Of a stretch of DNA of 64,000 nt, positions 7,385 to 17,066 are shown piece by piece. The stretch covers positions 47,095 through 111,094 of IMG/VR virus record IMGVR_UViG_3300008267_000007; one strand, written 5' to 3'. Made by a program: the position numbers and the translations under genes. Numbering within the stretch: the first letter of the stretch is position 1; the number at the start of each line of letters is the position of its first letter. This DNA is from a virus. The notes below the pieces were generated by a model. That model saw only the letters and a program-made list of their open reading frames with translations. It did no database searches and was not told the origin of the DNA.

Positions 7385-7684
7385 ATGGAAAATGAGAAAA
7401 GGGGAGGGGGGATGATGGAAATAACGTTATACACGTTGGAAATGTGTAACAGATGTAACGAGATAAAAGATGAATTGGATAAAAGAGGTATAAGGTATCA
7501 AAATATTAACATAAGTAACAATGATAGATTAGGAGATACTTTGGAAGATGTATATAAATGCTCTTCGTACCCTATGGTTCTAAAGAACAATATTATGTTT
7601 TTACCTTATACCTCTTTACCTATTACTCCTAATATTAAAATATATAATTCAATTGCTGAATTAGTACAATTACTTAACAAATAA
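7385..7684 (+). CDS. Glutaredoxin-like protein
   Basis: ITLYT..CNRC..IK..L...GI.Y..INI and YP cis-Pro motif; start may be 7412/7415. Confidence 0.8.
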   Translation: MENEKRGGGMMEITLYTLEMCNRCNEIKDELDKRGIRYQNINISNNDRLGDTLEDVYKCSSYPMVLKNNIMFLPYTSLPITPNIKIYNSIAELVQLLNK

Positions 7685-7690
7685 AATAAA

Positions 7691-7864
7691 ATGAGATATA
7701 AACAATTAGTTTCGGACAAATTAGAACAATTAGACAACAGTTTTCAACAATTAGCTTATTTAATTAATACTCAAGACATATATCAAGCTAAGGATTTTAT
7801 GGATAAAATGAGAGAGAAAATAGCTGATATTCAAACACTTATTAACACTAATACTGAAGATTAA
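7691..7864 (+). CDS. 57-aa hypothetical protein (MRYKQLVSDKLEQLDNS...), not in ORF track
   Basis: Fills the gap exactly; A-rich leader; 1 nt before the next ATG. Confidence 0.75.
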   Translation: MRYKQLVSDKLEQLDNSFQQLAYLINTQDIYQAKDFMDKMREKIADIQTLINTNTED

Positions 7865-7865
7865 T

Positions 7866-8627
7866 ATGGAAGTTAAATTAACAGCACAACAAATATCTGA
7901 GAATTGGGATATTTTAATGTCTAGAATAGATTCTTATATTGCTGAACCAAGATGTACTCAATTAAAAGAATTTTATTCTAAATTTCAAGAACGTATTATA
8001 ATGATGCCTGCTTCTTATAAGAAAGAATACCATAACGCATTCCCAGGGGGGTACGTTGATCATGTTATAAGAGTTATAGATGGTGCCCTTAAATTAAATA
8101 AAGTTTGGAAGGATATGGGAGTAGATGACTCTACTTATACTATTGAAGAATTAGTATTTTCAGCTTTAAACCATGATTTAGGTAAAATAGGAGATGAAGA
8201 AAATGAATCTTATATCCCTCAGACTGACCAATGGAGGAAAGATAAATTAGGAGAAGATTATATGTTTAATGAGAAATTAGCTTTTGCTTCTGTTCCTGAT
8301 AGATCACTATTTACACTTCAGTCATATGGCATTAAATATACTTTTAATGAAATGGTTGCCATCCAGACACATGATGGAATTTATGATGAGGGAAATAAAA
8401 AATATTTTATGTCGTTCACCCCAGGACAAAAACCAAGAACATCTTTACCTTTTATTTTACATCAAGCTGATTTAATGGCTTCACGTATTGAATTTGAGAA
8501 AGAATGGTTACCTAAATTAGGTAAAGATAAAAAAGTAGAAGTAAAAGCTCCTGCTAAATATTCTTCTAAAACACCTACTTTATCTAATGCTAATGCACCT
8601 TTTGCTAATCTTTTAAATAATTTATAA
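7866..8627 (+). CDS. HD-domain metal-dependent phosphohydrolase
   Basis: YHNAFPGGYVDH, NHDLGKIG, HDG and HQAD motifs. Confidence 0.9.
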   Translation: MEVKLTAQQISENWDILMSRIDSYIAEPRCTQLKEFYSKFQERIIMMPASYKKEYHNAFPGGYVDHVIRVIDGALKLNKVWKDMGVDDSTYTIEELVFSALNHDLGKIGDEENESYIPQTDQWRKDKLGEDYMFNEKLAFASVPDRSLFTLQSYGIKYTFNEMVAIQTHDGIYDEGNKKYFMSFTPGQKPRTSLPFILHQADLMASRIEFEKEWLPKLGKDKKVEVKAPAKYSSKTPTLSNANAPFANLLNNL

Positions 8628-8629
8628 AA

Positions 8630-8908
8630 ATGGAATTAATTTATATTAATTTAGGAGTAATTATATTAGGAGTTATAACCTATGTAATTTGGAATCTGCT
8701 TAAAAAAGTAGAAAAACTTGAAAATCAAATTACAGTTCAAGAAAAATATATTTTAGAATTTTATGACTTAATTAAACAATCTGAGTTTAAAATTAAAGAA
8801 ATAGACAACAAACAATTATTTCAATCAGATGATGAAGTAGGTTTTTTCTTTACTAATTTAAAAACTATCCAAGAAGCACTTTCGGATTATATAAAATTTA
8901 TAAAATAG
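8630..8908 (+). CDS. Membrane-anchored coiled-coil protein
   Basis: N-terminal TM helix followed by coiled coil. Confidence 0.75.
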   Translation: MELIYINLGVIILGVITYVIWNLLKKVEKLENQITVQEKYILEFYDLIKQSEFKIKEIDNKQLFQSDDEVGFFFTNLKTIQEALSDYIKFIK

Positions 8909-8909
8909 T

Positions 8910-9710
8910 ATGGAAGTAGATTTAAATATAAAAAATGTATTGCTAGTACCCCAGGAAGAAACTGGGGTACAATTTACAAAGAAAGGAACAGTCCGAAAAA
9001 GAAAACCTAAAGAAAAGAAACAATACTTTACTCAAGATACTGAAGATGCTATTATTGAGTATTTAGCTGAAACTGATCCTATAAAAAGGAATAAAATATA
9101 CAATGAACGTATTGATTATAGTTTTCATAAATTAACTGAAAATATAATTCATACTTTTAAATTTTATTATACTGAAGTAGAAACTATATCTGAACTTCAA
9201 CATGAAGTAACATCATTTTTACTTGAAAAACTTCATTTATATAATCAATCAAAAGGGAAAGCTTTTTCATATTTTGGTACAATTGCTAAAAGGTATCTTA
9301 TTTTATATAATAATAAGAATTATGAGAAGTTAAAAAATAAAGCTGAAGTTGAAGCTATAGATGAAGACCAAACTATTGTTTTAAATATAATAAATAATTC
9401 AAAAGAAGCAGATGATGTTTTAATGGGTGAAAGTTATTTTATAGATAAATTTATAACTTATACTGATGCTCATTTATTTAAAATATTCCCTGATTGTGAA
9501 GATGCTAAAACTGCAGATGCTATTATTCAGCTATTTAAACATAGAGAGAATTTAGATATTTTTAATAAGAAAGGAATTTACATTTATATTAGAGAGCAAA
9601 CAGATCAAGATACTCCTCAAATTACTAAAGTAATTAAATCTCTTAAAAAAGTTCATTATAGATTATTACAACAATACTTAGATTATGGATACGTTAATTT
9701 AAATTATTAA
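8910..9710 (+). CDS. Phage sigma factor, probable gp55-like late sigma
   Basis: Region-2-like LEKLHLYNQSKGKAFSYFGTIAKRYLI; directly precedes the first ATATTTAT-driven block. Confidence 0.75.
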   Translation: MEVDLNIKNVLLVPQEETGVQFTKKGTVRKRKPKEKKQYFTQDTEDAIIEYLAETDPIKRNKIYNERIDYSFHKLTENIIHTFKFYYTEVETISELQHEVTSFLLEKLHLYNQSKGKAFSYFGTIAKRYLILYNNKNYEKLKNKAEVEAIDEDQTIVLNIINNSKEADDVLMGESYFIDKFITYTDAHLFKIFPDCEDAKTADAIIQLFKHRENLDIFNKKGIYIYIREQTDQDTPQITKVIKSLKKVHYRLLQQYLDYGYVNLNY

Positions 9711-9747
9711 AAATTATAAAATTCCATATTTATAATAAAAACATATT

Positions 9748-10113
9748 ATGGATTTCAACTCAGTAGTATTATTTGGTAAAAAAACATTTGCCGATTTATT
9801 AAAAGAGATACACTCAAATTCTTCTAATAAGGAAAAACAAATAAAAGAAATGATTGAGCAATTAAAACCGTTTATCACCTCCGCAGGTGATGCGGTTATT
9901 ATTGTCCCATTAATTAAGGATTATTTAGATGTATCAGTGAAAAATGATGATTTATTAATCAAAATGGCAGGTATTGTTCAAAGATCTATGAATACTAAAA
10001 ATGGAGAAGATGAAGGATTTTTATCTGAAGGTGAAAAAGAACAACTTTTTCAATCCATTAAAGAATTAGATGAACAAGCAAAACAAGTAGCAGTAAAAGA
10101 ATTAAATGAGTAG
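9748..10113 (+). CDS. Hypothetical late protein
   Basis: First gene after late promoter 9726. Confidence 0.8.
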   Translation: MDFNSVVLFGKKTFADLLKEIHSNSSNKEKQIKEMIEQLKPFITSAGDAVIIVPLIKDYLDVSVKNDDLLIKMAGIVQRSMNTKNGEDEGFLSEGEKEQLFQSIKELDEQAKQVAVKELNE

Positions 10114-10957
10114 TTTATATCCTAGTTTACAGGGTGCCATATCTAACATAGCTCAAGGTAAAGGGAATAAAGGTCAAAGTTTATTTTTTTTCGCTCGAGT
10201 TAATGATATTTTATTATCTGTTAATACTAATACTAAAGATTTCTTTAAAGATGGAGGAGGTTGGGCTGGATTAGGTTCAATTAAATTTACTCCCACAGGT
10301 ACTACACCTGATGAAGGTAAACCTACTAAATTAATAGCTAAACCCTTATTTAATAATATTTCTAAATATCCTATTTTAAATGAATTAGTACTTATATTAA
10401 GTGCTCCTTCTTATGGATTAAATGAGGATCCTCAAGCTCAAACCTTTTATTATCTAACTACAGTAGGATTGTGGAATAGTGTTCATCATAACGCTTTTCC
10501 TGATATATCAACGTATAAAGGTGGTGAACTAAATTTTGGCCGTACATTTACCGAAAAAGAAGATATACGCAGTTTATTACCTGAAGAAGGAGATATATTA
10601 TTAGAAGGTAGATGGGGTAATTCAATTAGATTTTCTTCTACTACTAAACAAAAGCAGCCTAATAATCCTTGGAGTTCACAAGGAGAAATAGGGATGCCTA
10701 TTACTATCATAAGAAATAACCAATCTAATATAGATATAAACCCTGACCCTTGGGTCCCAGTTTATGAAGATCCTAATAATGATGGATCATCAATCTACTT
10801 ATGTGCTGGACAGGATATACCTTTAGAATTAGCTTCTAAAAATTTACAATCGTTTGGAGTAACAGTAGGTGCAGCCTTTAACAGTTCACTTCAGATTCCT
10901 GATCCTAAATTCCCATCACCTGACGTTTCACCTAAACAAGCAGATAATCTTAGATAA
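10106..10957 (+). CDS. Baseplate hub/spike (gp5-like) N-terminal protein
   Basis: AKPL..NI..YP..NE.V and EGD.LLEGRWGNSIRF motifs; upstream of gp25/gp6. Confidence 0.6.
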   Translation: MSSLYPSLQGAISNIAQGKGNKGQSLFFFARVNDILLSVNTNTKDFFKDGGGWAGLGSIKFTPTGTTPDEGKPTKLIAKPLFNNISKYPILNELVLILSAPSYGLNEDPQAQTFYYLTTVGLWNSVHHNAFPDISTYKGGELNFGRTFTEKEDIRSLLPEEGDILLEGRWGNSIRFSSTTKQKQPNNPWSSQGEIGMPITIIRNNQSNIDINPDPWVPVYEDPNNDGSSIYLCAGQDIPLELASKNLQSFGVTVGAAFNSSLQIPDPKFPSPDVSPKQADNLR

Positions 10958-10959
10958 CT

Positions 10960-11391
10960 ATGTCACTATATAAACCCGAATTCCCTTATTTGGGAGACCA
11001 TATAATAATCAATTCAGGTAGAGTTACTCTTAATTCTAAGGATGATTCTATATTTCTATTTGCTAAAGAGGCAATTGGTTTTTCTTCTGCAGGAGTAATT
11101 AACTTTGATTGTGATGATACTTTAACTATTAATGCTCCACTAATTCACTTAGGATTAGAAAGTGATGTTGATAAGTTACAATCTGCAATAAAAGGAGATA
11201 ATTTAGTGTACTTACTAGATAGATTATTATCTTCTTTACAGGATTTAGGAACAGGATTAAGTTATGCTATTGATAGCAATGGGATAGAAATCCCATCAGT
11301 ATCTGTACCAGGAGAAAATATACAAAGTGATGCAACTAATTTACTAACCTTATTAGAGGGAATTAAATCTGATAAAACCTTTTTAATATAA
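10960..11391 (+). CDS. Baseplate spike C-terminal-like protein
   Basis: Beta-helix-like IIINSGRVTLNSK...INAP.IHLG...A.KGD.L pattern. Confidence 0.55.
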   Translation: MSLYKPEFPYLGDHIIINSGRVTLNSKDDSIFLFAKEAIGFSSAGVINFDCDDTLTINAPLIHLGLESDVDKLQSAIKGDNLVYLLDRLLSSLQDLGTGLSYAIDSNGIEIPSVSVPGENIQSDATNLLTLLEGIKSDKTFLI

Positions 11392-12881
11392 TGGCCGTAC
11401 CTAAAGGATTATCTAGAATACTAAATGATGTGGCACCTAAAAGAATTAATAAGGTATCACAACAAATTATAAAAATTTTATTTAAAATTAATAGTGTTTT
11501 AAGTGAAATTAATTCTATTGACTTTTGTAATCCCTTAGGATACATTTTAACTAAAGCTTTACCTCCTGGAGGATTTTTAGAAGGTAAACTTTTAAAATAT
11601 GGTAAAGATGCTTTAGATTTTGTAAACAATTTAGGAGATAAATTAAATCCTCTAAGATTAGAAAGCGAAACTATTACATCAGATGATACTCCTGAGAAAA
11701 TAGCAGCTAAAGATGCAGCTTATAAAACCCGAATTCAATCCTACCAAGCATCTATTGAGGAAATAAGATTATCTCTAGAAGACATCATCCCTCCAGATGA
11801 TTTAATTGAAATTATCCCTGGTGGGGAGGGTTTAGCAAAAACTATCCAATCTATAAATTTAGCTTTAGTAGCTACTAGTGATGCTATAGATCCTACTACT
11901 GATATTGTGAATAAGATCACTATATTAAAATCATTTGCTAGAAAATTAAGTCCTTTTTTATCCCCAATTAACATAGCTACTTTAGCTTTAGGGGGGCAAG
12001 AAGCTGAAATTAATAAGAAGTTAGCTGGTATTATTCAACCTGAAAGGTTTAGAGAAAGTGTCGGTTTTTTAGTTAATCAAGTTAAAGCCATTGATAAAGC
12101 TATCGTACAAATACAAGCTACAGTAAAACTTATTAATACAATTTTAAAAGTCATCAATGTATTAATTAAAATTTATAAATTTGTAGTTAAAATATTAACT
12201 AAACTCCAAACCCCACTAGCTGTAGGAGGTGGGGGATCTCCAGTTATATCACAAACTAATGCTGTAGTCAATACCCAATCTGACAGAATTTCTAAAACTA
12301 ATCAAATTACTGACGATTTACAAAAAATAATTAGTCAAATAACTACATTTTTAAGTGGTACTATTCTACTGAATATGAGAAGGATAAGAAGGGAAATATT
12401 AAGGCTATTAAAGGGTCTTGATATTCTATATAAAAATCTCCAAGAGTGTGGGTATACTAACAATGATGATGCCCTTTTAAAAGCAGTACAAGGTAGTATT
12501 ACTTCATTAAAAAATAACTTAATTACTTTAGAAGAATTATTCCCTACATTAGGTAATAGAGCTAATTTACCTTCTTTATATAATGGGTACACAATTGATA
12601 TTATAAAAGAGGAAGTAGCAGATGAAGGAATTACTTTATTAAGAAGGAGAGTAGTAGTAGCAGATCAAAGAGGAGTTATCCAATATGAAGGTACACCTAC
12701 TTATGCTCCAGATGATCAAGTACTATTAAAAGAGGGGCAATATTATGTAAATAAGCAAGATCAAATTAGTACTAGTGATGAAGGTAATGATTCACCTACA
12801 GATCAAGAAGTAATAGATATAGTATCATTAACAGGATTGGATCCTAATAATACTATTGTGGGTTCTGTAACACCTGATTAA
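11391..12881 (+). CDS. Hypothetical helical virion-associated protein
   Basis: Long ORF in baseplate operon. Confidence 0.7.
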   Translation: MAVPKGLSRILNDVAPKRINKVSQQIIKILFKINSVLSEINSIDFCNPLGYILTKALPPGGFLEGKLLKYGKDALDFVNNLGDKLNPLRLESETITSDDTPEKIAAKDAAYKTRIQSYQASIEEIRLSLEDIIPPDDLIEIIPGGEGLAKTIQSINLALVATSDAIDPTTDIVNKITILKSFARKLSPFLSPINIATLALGGQEAEINKKLAGIIQPERFRESVGFLVNQVKAIDKAIVQIQATVKLINTILKVINVLIKIYKFVVKILTKLQTPLAVGGGGSPVISQTNAVVNTQSDRISKTNQITDDLQKIISQITTFLSGTILLNMRRIRREILRLLKGLDILYKNLQECGYTNNDDALLKAVQGSITSLKNNLITLEELFPTLGNRANLPSLYNGYTIDIIKEEVADEGITLLRRRVVVADQRGVIQYEGTPTYAPDDQVLLKEGQYYVNKQDQISTSDEGNDSPTDQEVIDIVSLTGLDPNNTIVGSVTPD

Positions 12882-12911
12882 AATAAGTTTTAATATTAAA
12901 TATTTATAAAC

Positions 12912-13397
12912 ATGAATTTAGACGCTTTTAGAAAAGTAATTAGAGAAGAAGTAAAAAAGGCTATTCAAGAAGAAATGAGAGAAGTTCTACTTGAAGCAGT
13001 TAAATCTGCTAGTAACCCTAAACCTTTAACCCAACAATATGCTCGTACTGAAGAGCCAACAAAACCCAAATTCTCAGAAGTAATTGCTGAACAACGATAC
13101 ACAGCACCAAAACCTCTACCTTCAACCGGTAATCCCATGTTAGACATCTTAAATGAAACTGCTCAAGCAGGTGAATGGAGAACTTTAAATGGTGGTGACT
13201 ATAATGCTTCAGATGCTGTAAGTTGGGCTGGAGGTATGCCAGGTATGGCAGGCGGATCAAATACTCCTGTAGTAGCATCAGTAGATGAAATGATTAAATC
13301 TCAAGGTCCAGTACGTGATATAAATGATGTACATATAGATGTTGTACCTGATTTTACTAAATTAATGGGTGCTTTAAAAGAAAAAGGTAGTTTATAA
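12912..13397 (+). CDS. Hypothetical late protein with amphipathic leader
   Basis: After late promoter; FRKVIREEVKKAIQEE...LLE. Confidence 0.75.
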   Translation: MNLDAFRKVIREEVKKAIQEEMREVLLEAVKSASNPKPLTQQYARTEEPTKPKFSEVIAEQRYTAPKPLPSTGNPMLDILNETAQAGEWRTLNGGDYNASDAVSWAGGMPGMAGGSNTPVVASVDEMIKSQGPVRDINDVHIDVVPDFTKLMGALKEKGSL

Positions 13398-13810
13398 TGG
13401 CTTATAATATAGTAAATATTAATCCTTTAGATCTATCTCCTAGTAAGGGGGTAGGAATCCAAGTACCTTTTAATGGTCCTACTGGATTAAATATTACTTA
13501 TACTACAAAAGAAGCTACTAAATCTAATATATTCAATTTTTTCCTTACAGGGAGAAGAGAGAGAGTAATGAACCCTACATTTGGTTCTGGTATTAGAGAA
13601 CAATTATTTGAACAGATTACTCAAGGTACTGTTCAAAATATAGAAGATATAATAAAATTTGGATTAAATGATTATTTTCCCCAAATAACAGTAAATAATT
13701 TGACAGTTAAAACGTCACCTGATCAAAATATAATTCAAGTTTATTTTAGTTATTCTATAAATAATACTAACATACAAGACGAAATTTTAATAAATTTCAA
13801 TAATGGCTAA
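13397..13810 (+). CDS. gp25: Baseplate wedge subunit, gp25-like
   Basis: K.NI.N..LT..RER.MNP.FGS.I...LFE motif. Confidence 0.88.
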   Translation: MAYNIVNINPLDLSPSKGVGIQVPFNGPTGLNITYTTKEATKSNIFNFFLTGRRERVMNPTFGSGIREQLFEQITQGTVQNIEDIIKFGLNDYFPQITVNNLTVKTSPDQNIIQVYFSYSINNTNIQDEILINFNNG

Positions 13811-15683
13811 TACAAAGACAGTACAATACTTAAATCGCGATTTTGATAGTTTAAAAGCACAGTTAGTTAACTTTGCTAAAATATATTATCCCAACACTTA
13901 TAATGATTTTACTGAGGCATCACCTGGTATGATGCTTATAGAAATGGCTTCATATGTGGGAGATGTTATGTCTTTCTATATTGATAATCAAATTCAAGAA
14001 AATTTTCTACAATTTGCTAAACAAAGAAAAAACTTATTAGCCTTAGCATATAATTTTGGATATCGCCCTAAAGTAACAAGTGCTGCTTCAACTGTAGTTA
14101 GTGTTTATCAAGTAGTACCATCTACTATGGTATCTGGTAGAGTTGAACCTGACTTTAATTATACTCTAATTTTAGAAGAAGGAACACAACTTCAATCAAG
14201 TCTAGACTCATCTATATCATTTTACATAGATGAAAGAGTTGATTTTTCAACTGCAGAAACTTCCTCAGATACTGAAATTTCGGTATATTCTACTGATATA
14301 GATGGTAGACCTAATCTTTATTTACTTAAGAAACAGGTAAAAGCTACATCAGGAACCCTAACTTCGACAACATTTACATTTGGTAACCCTGAGCGTTATC
14401 CTACCGTGACTCTTAATGATAGTAACATACTAAACATATTAAGTGTAACCGATTCTGATAATAATTTGTGGTATGAAGTACCATATTTAGCACAAGATAC
14501 AATATTTGAATCTACAGCTAATATTGCTTCAAATGATCCTAATTTATCCCAATACAACGACACAACACCTTATTTACTTAAATTAAAAAAAGTACCTAGA
14601 AGATTTGTATCTCGTTTTAAATCTAACAATTCCTTAGAACTTCAATTTGGGCCTGGTATATCAACCGGGGCAGATGAAGAAATTATTCCTAATTCTGATA
14701 ATATAGGTTTAGGTTTACCTTATGGGGTTAACAAAATGAATACTGCTTGGGATCCTTCAAACTTTTTATATACTCAAACTTATGGAATTTCTCCTTCGAA
14801 TACTACTTTAACAGTAAATTATTTAAAGGGAGGAGGGGCAGTATCAAATACTCCTTCTAATACACTAACTAACAAAATTGGTGGTACAGTATCTTTTTCT
14901 AGTAGTAATAGAGATGGTGGGTTATCAACAACAGTTCTAAATTCACTTGCTTTCACAAATGAAAATGCAGCTGTGGGTGGGGGAGATGGAGATACAAATG
15001 AAGATATTCGTTTAAATACTTTAGCTACTTACCCAACTCAATTAAGAGCTATAACTAAAGATGACTATATAATTAGAACCCTATCTTTACCTTCTAAGTT
15101 TGGTTTAGTTTCTAAGGCTTATGTTAATCAAGATTCAAGTATAGATGTTAATTTTAGAACAGGTTTACTTGCTACTCAAAACCCAAATGCTATATCATTA
15201 TATATCCTATCTAAAGATAGTAATGGAAACCTAGCAGCACCTAGTCCTGCTCTTAAAGAAAATGTAAAAACTTACTTATCCGAATTTCGAATGATAACGG
15301 ATGCAGTAAACATCAAAGAGGCTTTTATTATTAATATAGGAGTAAATTTTGATATAATAGTTAGACCTAACTATAATAATAAATTAGTATTAAATAATTG
15401 CTTAACTACACTACAATCATTCTTTAATATTGATAAATGGCAAATCAATCAACCAATCATATTCTCAGATATTTATAGTTTACTAGATCAAGTAGAGGGG
15501 GTACAAACTGTACAAAAAGTAGATATTATTAATAAAGCTGGAACTACCTCAGGATACTCACAATTTTCTTACGATATTAAAGGAGCTACTATTAATAATA
15601 TTTTATATCCTTCTTTAGATCCTAGTGTTTTTGAAGTTAAAAATTTAACAACTGATCTTCAAGGTAGGGTAGTAACTTTATAA
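13803..15683 (+). CDS. gp6: Baseplate wedge subunit, gp6-like
   Basis: DFDSLK..L..F, DF.E.S.G..L.E..SY, GG.D.D, Q.RA.T.DDY motifs. Confidence 0.88.
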   Translation: MANTKTVQYLNRDFDSLKAQLVNFAKIYYPNTYNDFTEASPGMMLIEMASYVGDVMSFYIDNQIQENFLQFAKQRKNLLALAYNFGYRPKVTSAASTVVSVYQVVPSTMVSGRVEPDFNYTLILEEGTQLQSSLDSSISFYIDERVDFSTAETSSDTEISVYSTDIDGRPNLYLLKKQVKATSGTLTSTTFTFGNPERYPTVTLNDSNILNILSVTDSDNNLWYEVPYLAQDTIFESTANIASNDPNLSQYNDTTPYLLKLKKVPRRFVSRFKSNNSLELQFGPGISTGADEEIIPNSDNIGLGLPYGVNKMNTAWDPSNFLYTQTYGISPSNTTLTVNYLKGGGAVSNTPSNTLTNKIGGTVSFSSSNRDGGLSTTVLNSLAFTNENAAVGGGDGDTNEDIRLNTLATYPTQLRAITKDDYIIRTLSLPSKFGLVSKAYVNQDSSIDVNFRTGLLATQNPNAISLYILSKDSNGNLAAPSPALKENVKTYLSEFRMITDAVNIKEAFIINIGVNFDIIVRPNYNNKLVLNNCLTTLQSFFNIDKWQINQPIIFSDIYSLLDQVEGVQTVQKVDIINKAGTTSGYSQFSYDIKGATINNILYPSLDPSVFEVKNLTTDLQGRVVTL

Positions 15684-15723
15684 AAGATATTTCTAATGTA
15701 TATTTATGTTATATATTAGATTT

Positions 15724-16725
15724 ATGGCCATTTATAAAATATTTTCTGAAAAAGATACTTTTATTTCTAAATATCGTAGTACTCAAAATTTTGGTAGAGA
15801 CGAAATTTTAGAAATTTCAAACGAAACTGATATTACATCCTTAAATGCTGATGTAACTCGTACTTTAATTAAGTTTTCTCCTTCCCAAATAAGCAATGTT
15901 TTAACTAATATAGTAAGTGGGAGTTTCACATCTAATTTAAAATTATTTTTGGCTAACGCCACTTTACCTGTAGATTATACTATATATGCTTACCCAATCT
16001 CACAGAGTTGGGATATGGGATTAGGTAAATCTGCTGATAAACCCATTACTACCGTTGGAGTTACATGGGATACTGCGCCATTATATATCACTTCATCCGG
16101 AGCATCCCAATCTTTTTCATACCCTGATAATAAAGATATTAATCTTAATTTAACTACCATTGTCAGTCAATGGAATTCAGGTTCACTTAGCAATCATGGA
16201 GTATTATTAAAACTTTCTTCTAGTATAGAAGATAGTAATACACCTCTAATTACTAGTTTCTTCTCAATGGACACTCATACTATTTACCCACCTCAATTAG
16301 AATTTAGATGGGATGATAGTTCATATAGCTCTTCACTAACTCAGGTGACAACAACTGATTTTACTTCTGTAATTTCTAACAACAAACCTGAGTTTGAAGA
16401 GAATACAACTTATAATTTTAGAATTAAATCCCGAGATAGATTTCCTGCTAGGGCATTTCAAACTTCTTCTGTATACTTAAATGTAAAAGCTTTACCTTCA
16501 TCTTCATATTGGGCATTAAAAGATGTTAAAACTGAAGAAATGGTAATTGATTTTGATACTAATTACACTAAAATAAGTTGTGATAATGTTAGTAATTACT
16601 TTAGAATATATATGGGTGGTTTAGAGCCTGAAAGATATTATCAAATTTTAATAAAAACTATACTCCCAGATGGTGAAGTTATAGTTATAGATAATGAATC
16701 AAATTATTTTAAAATAGTTAGATAA
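15724..16725 (+). CDS. Virion structural protein (DNRLRE-like beta-sandwich)
   Basis: KDTFI...QNFG.DEIL, RTLIKF, N.G.LLK, P.LE..WD; start at 15724 after the late promoter. Confidence 0.65.
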   Translation: MAIYKIFSEKDTFISKYRSTQNFGRDEILEISNETDITSLNADVTRTLIKFSPSQISNVLTNIVSGSFTSNLKLFLANATLPVDYTIYAYPISQSWDMGLGKSADKPITTVGVTWDTAPLYITSSGASQSFSYPDNKDINLNLTTIVSQWNSGSLSNHGVLLKLSSSIEDSNTPLITSFFSMDTHTIYPPQLEFRWDDSSYSSSLTQVTTTDFTSVISNNKPEFEENTTYNFRIKSRDRFPARAFQTSSVYLNVKALPSSSYWALKDVKTEEMVIDFDTNYTKISCDNVSNYFRIYMGGLEPERYYQILIKTILPDGEVIVIDNESNYFKIVR

Positions 16726-17066
16726 TGGCTGAGATAGTTCAATTAAATAAAACAGTTTATGGTAAAATCACATATCCAAATGTGATTGATACTCAATTTA
16801 CTCAATTATTAAAACCCCAAACTGAAGTTACTTCATCTGCGATGACAATAAATCAATTTTTTCAGGGGTATAATGATTTATTTTATGAAATCCCTACTGA
16901 AGGAGATTTCCATTCACATTTAGAATTAATAAAACGAAGTACAGAATATGTTGGAGTTAACCAAAATTCAGGAGAAATAGATGCTTTATTGGATGAAATA
17001 AACCAATTAAGACTCGAAAATTTAACCCAACAACAAACTATAGATGATTTAACAGCATCAAAATAA
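16725..17066 (+). CDS. Hypothetical virion protein
   Basis: TAATG-coupled in baseplate operon; C-terminal coiled coil. Confidence 0.75.
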   Translation: MAEIVQLNKTVYGKITYPNVIDTQFTQLLKPQTEVTSSAMTINQFFQGYNDLFYEIPTEGDFHSHLELIKRSTEYVGVNQNSGEIDALLDEINQLRLENLTQQQTIDDLTASK

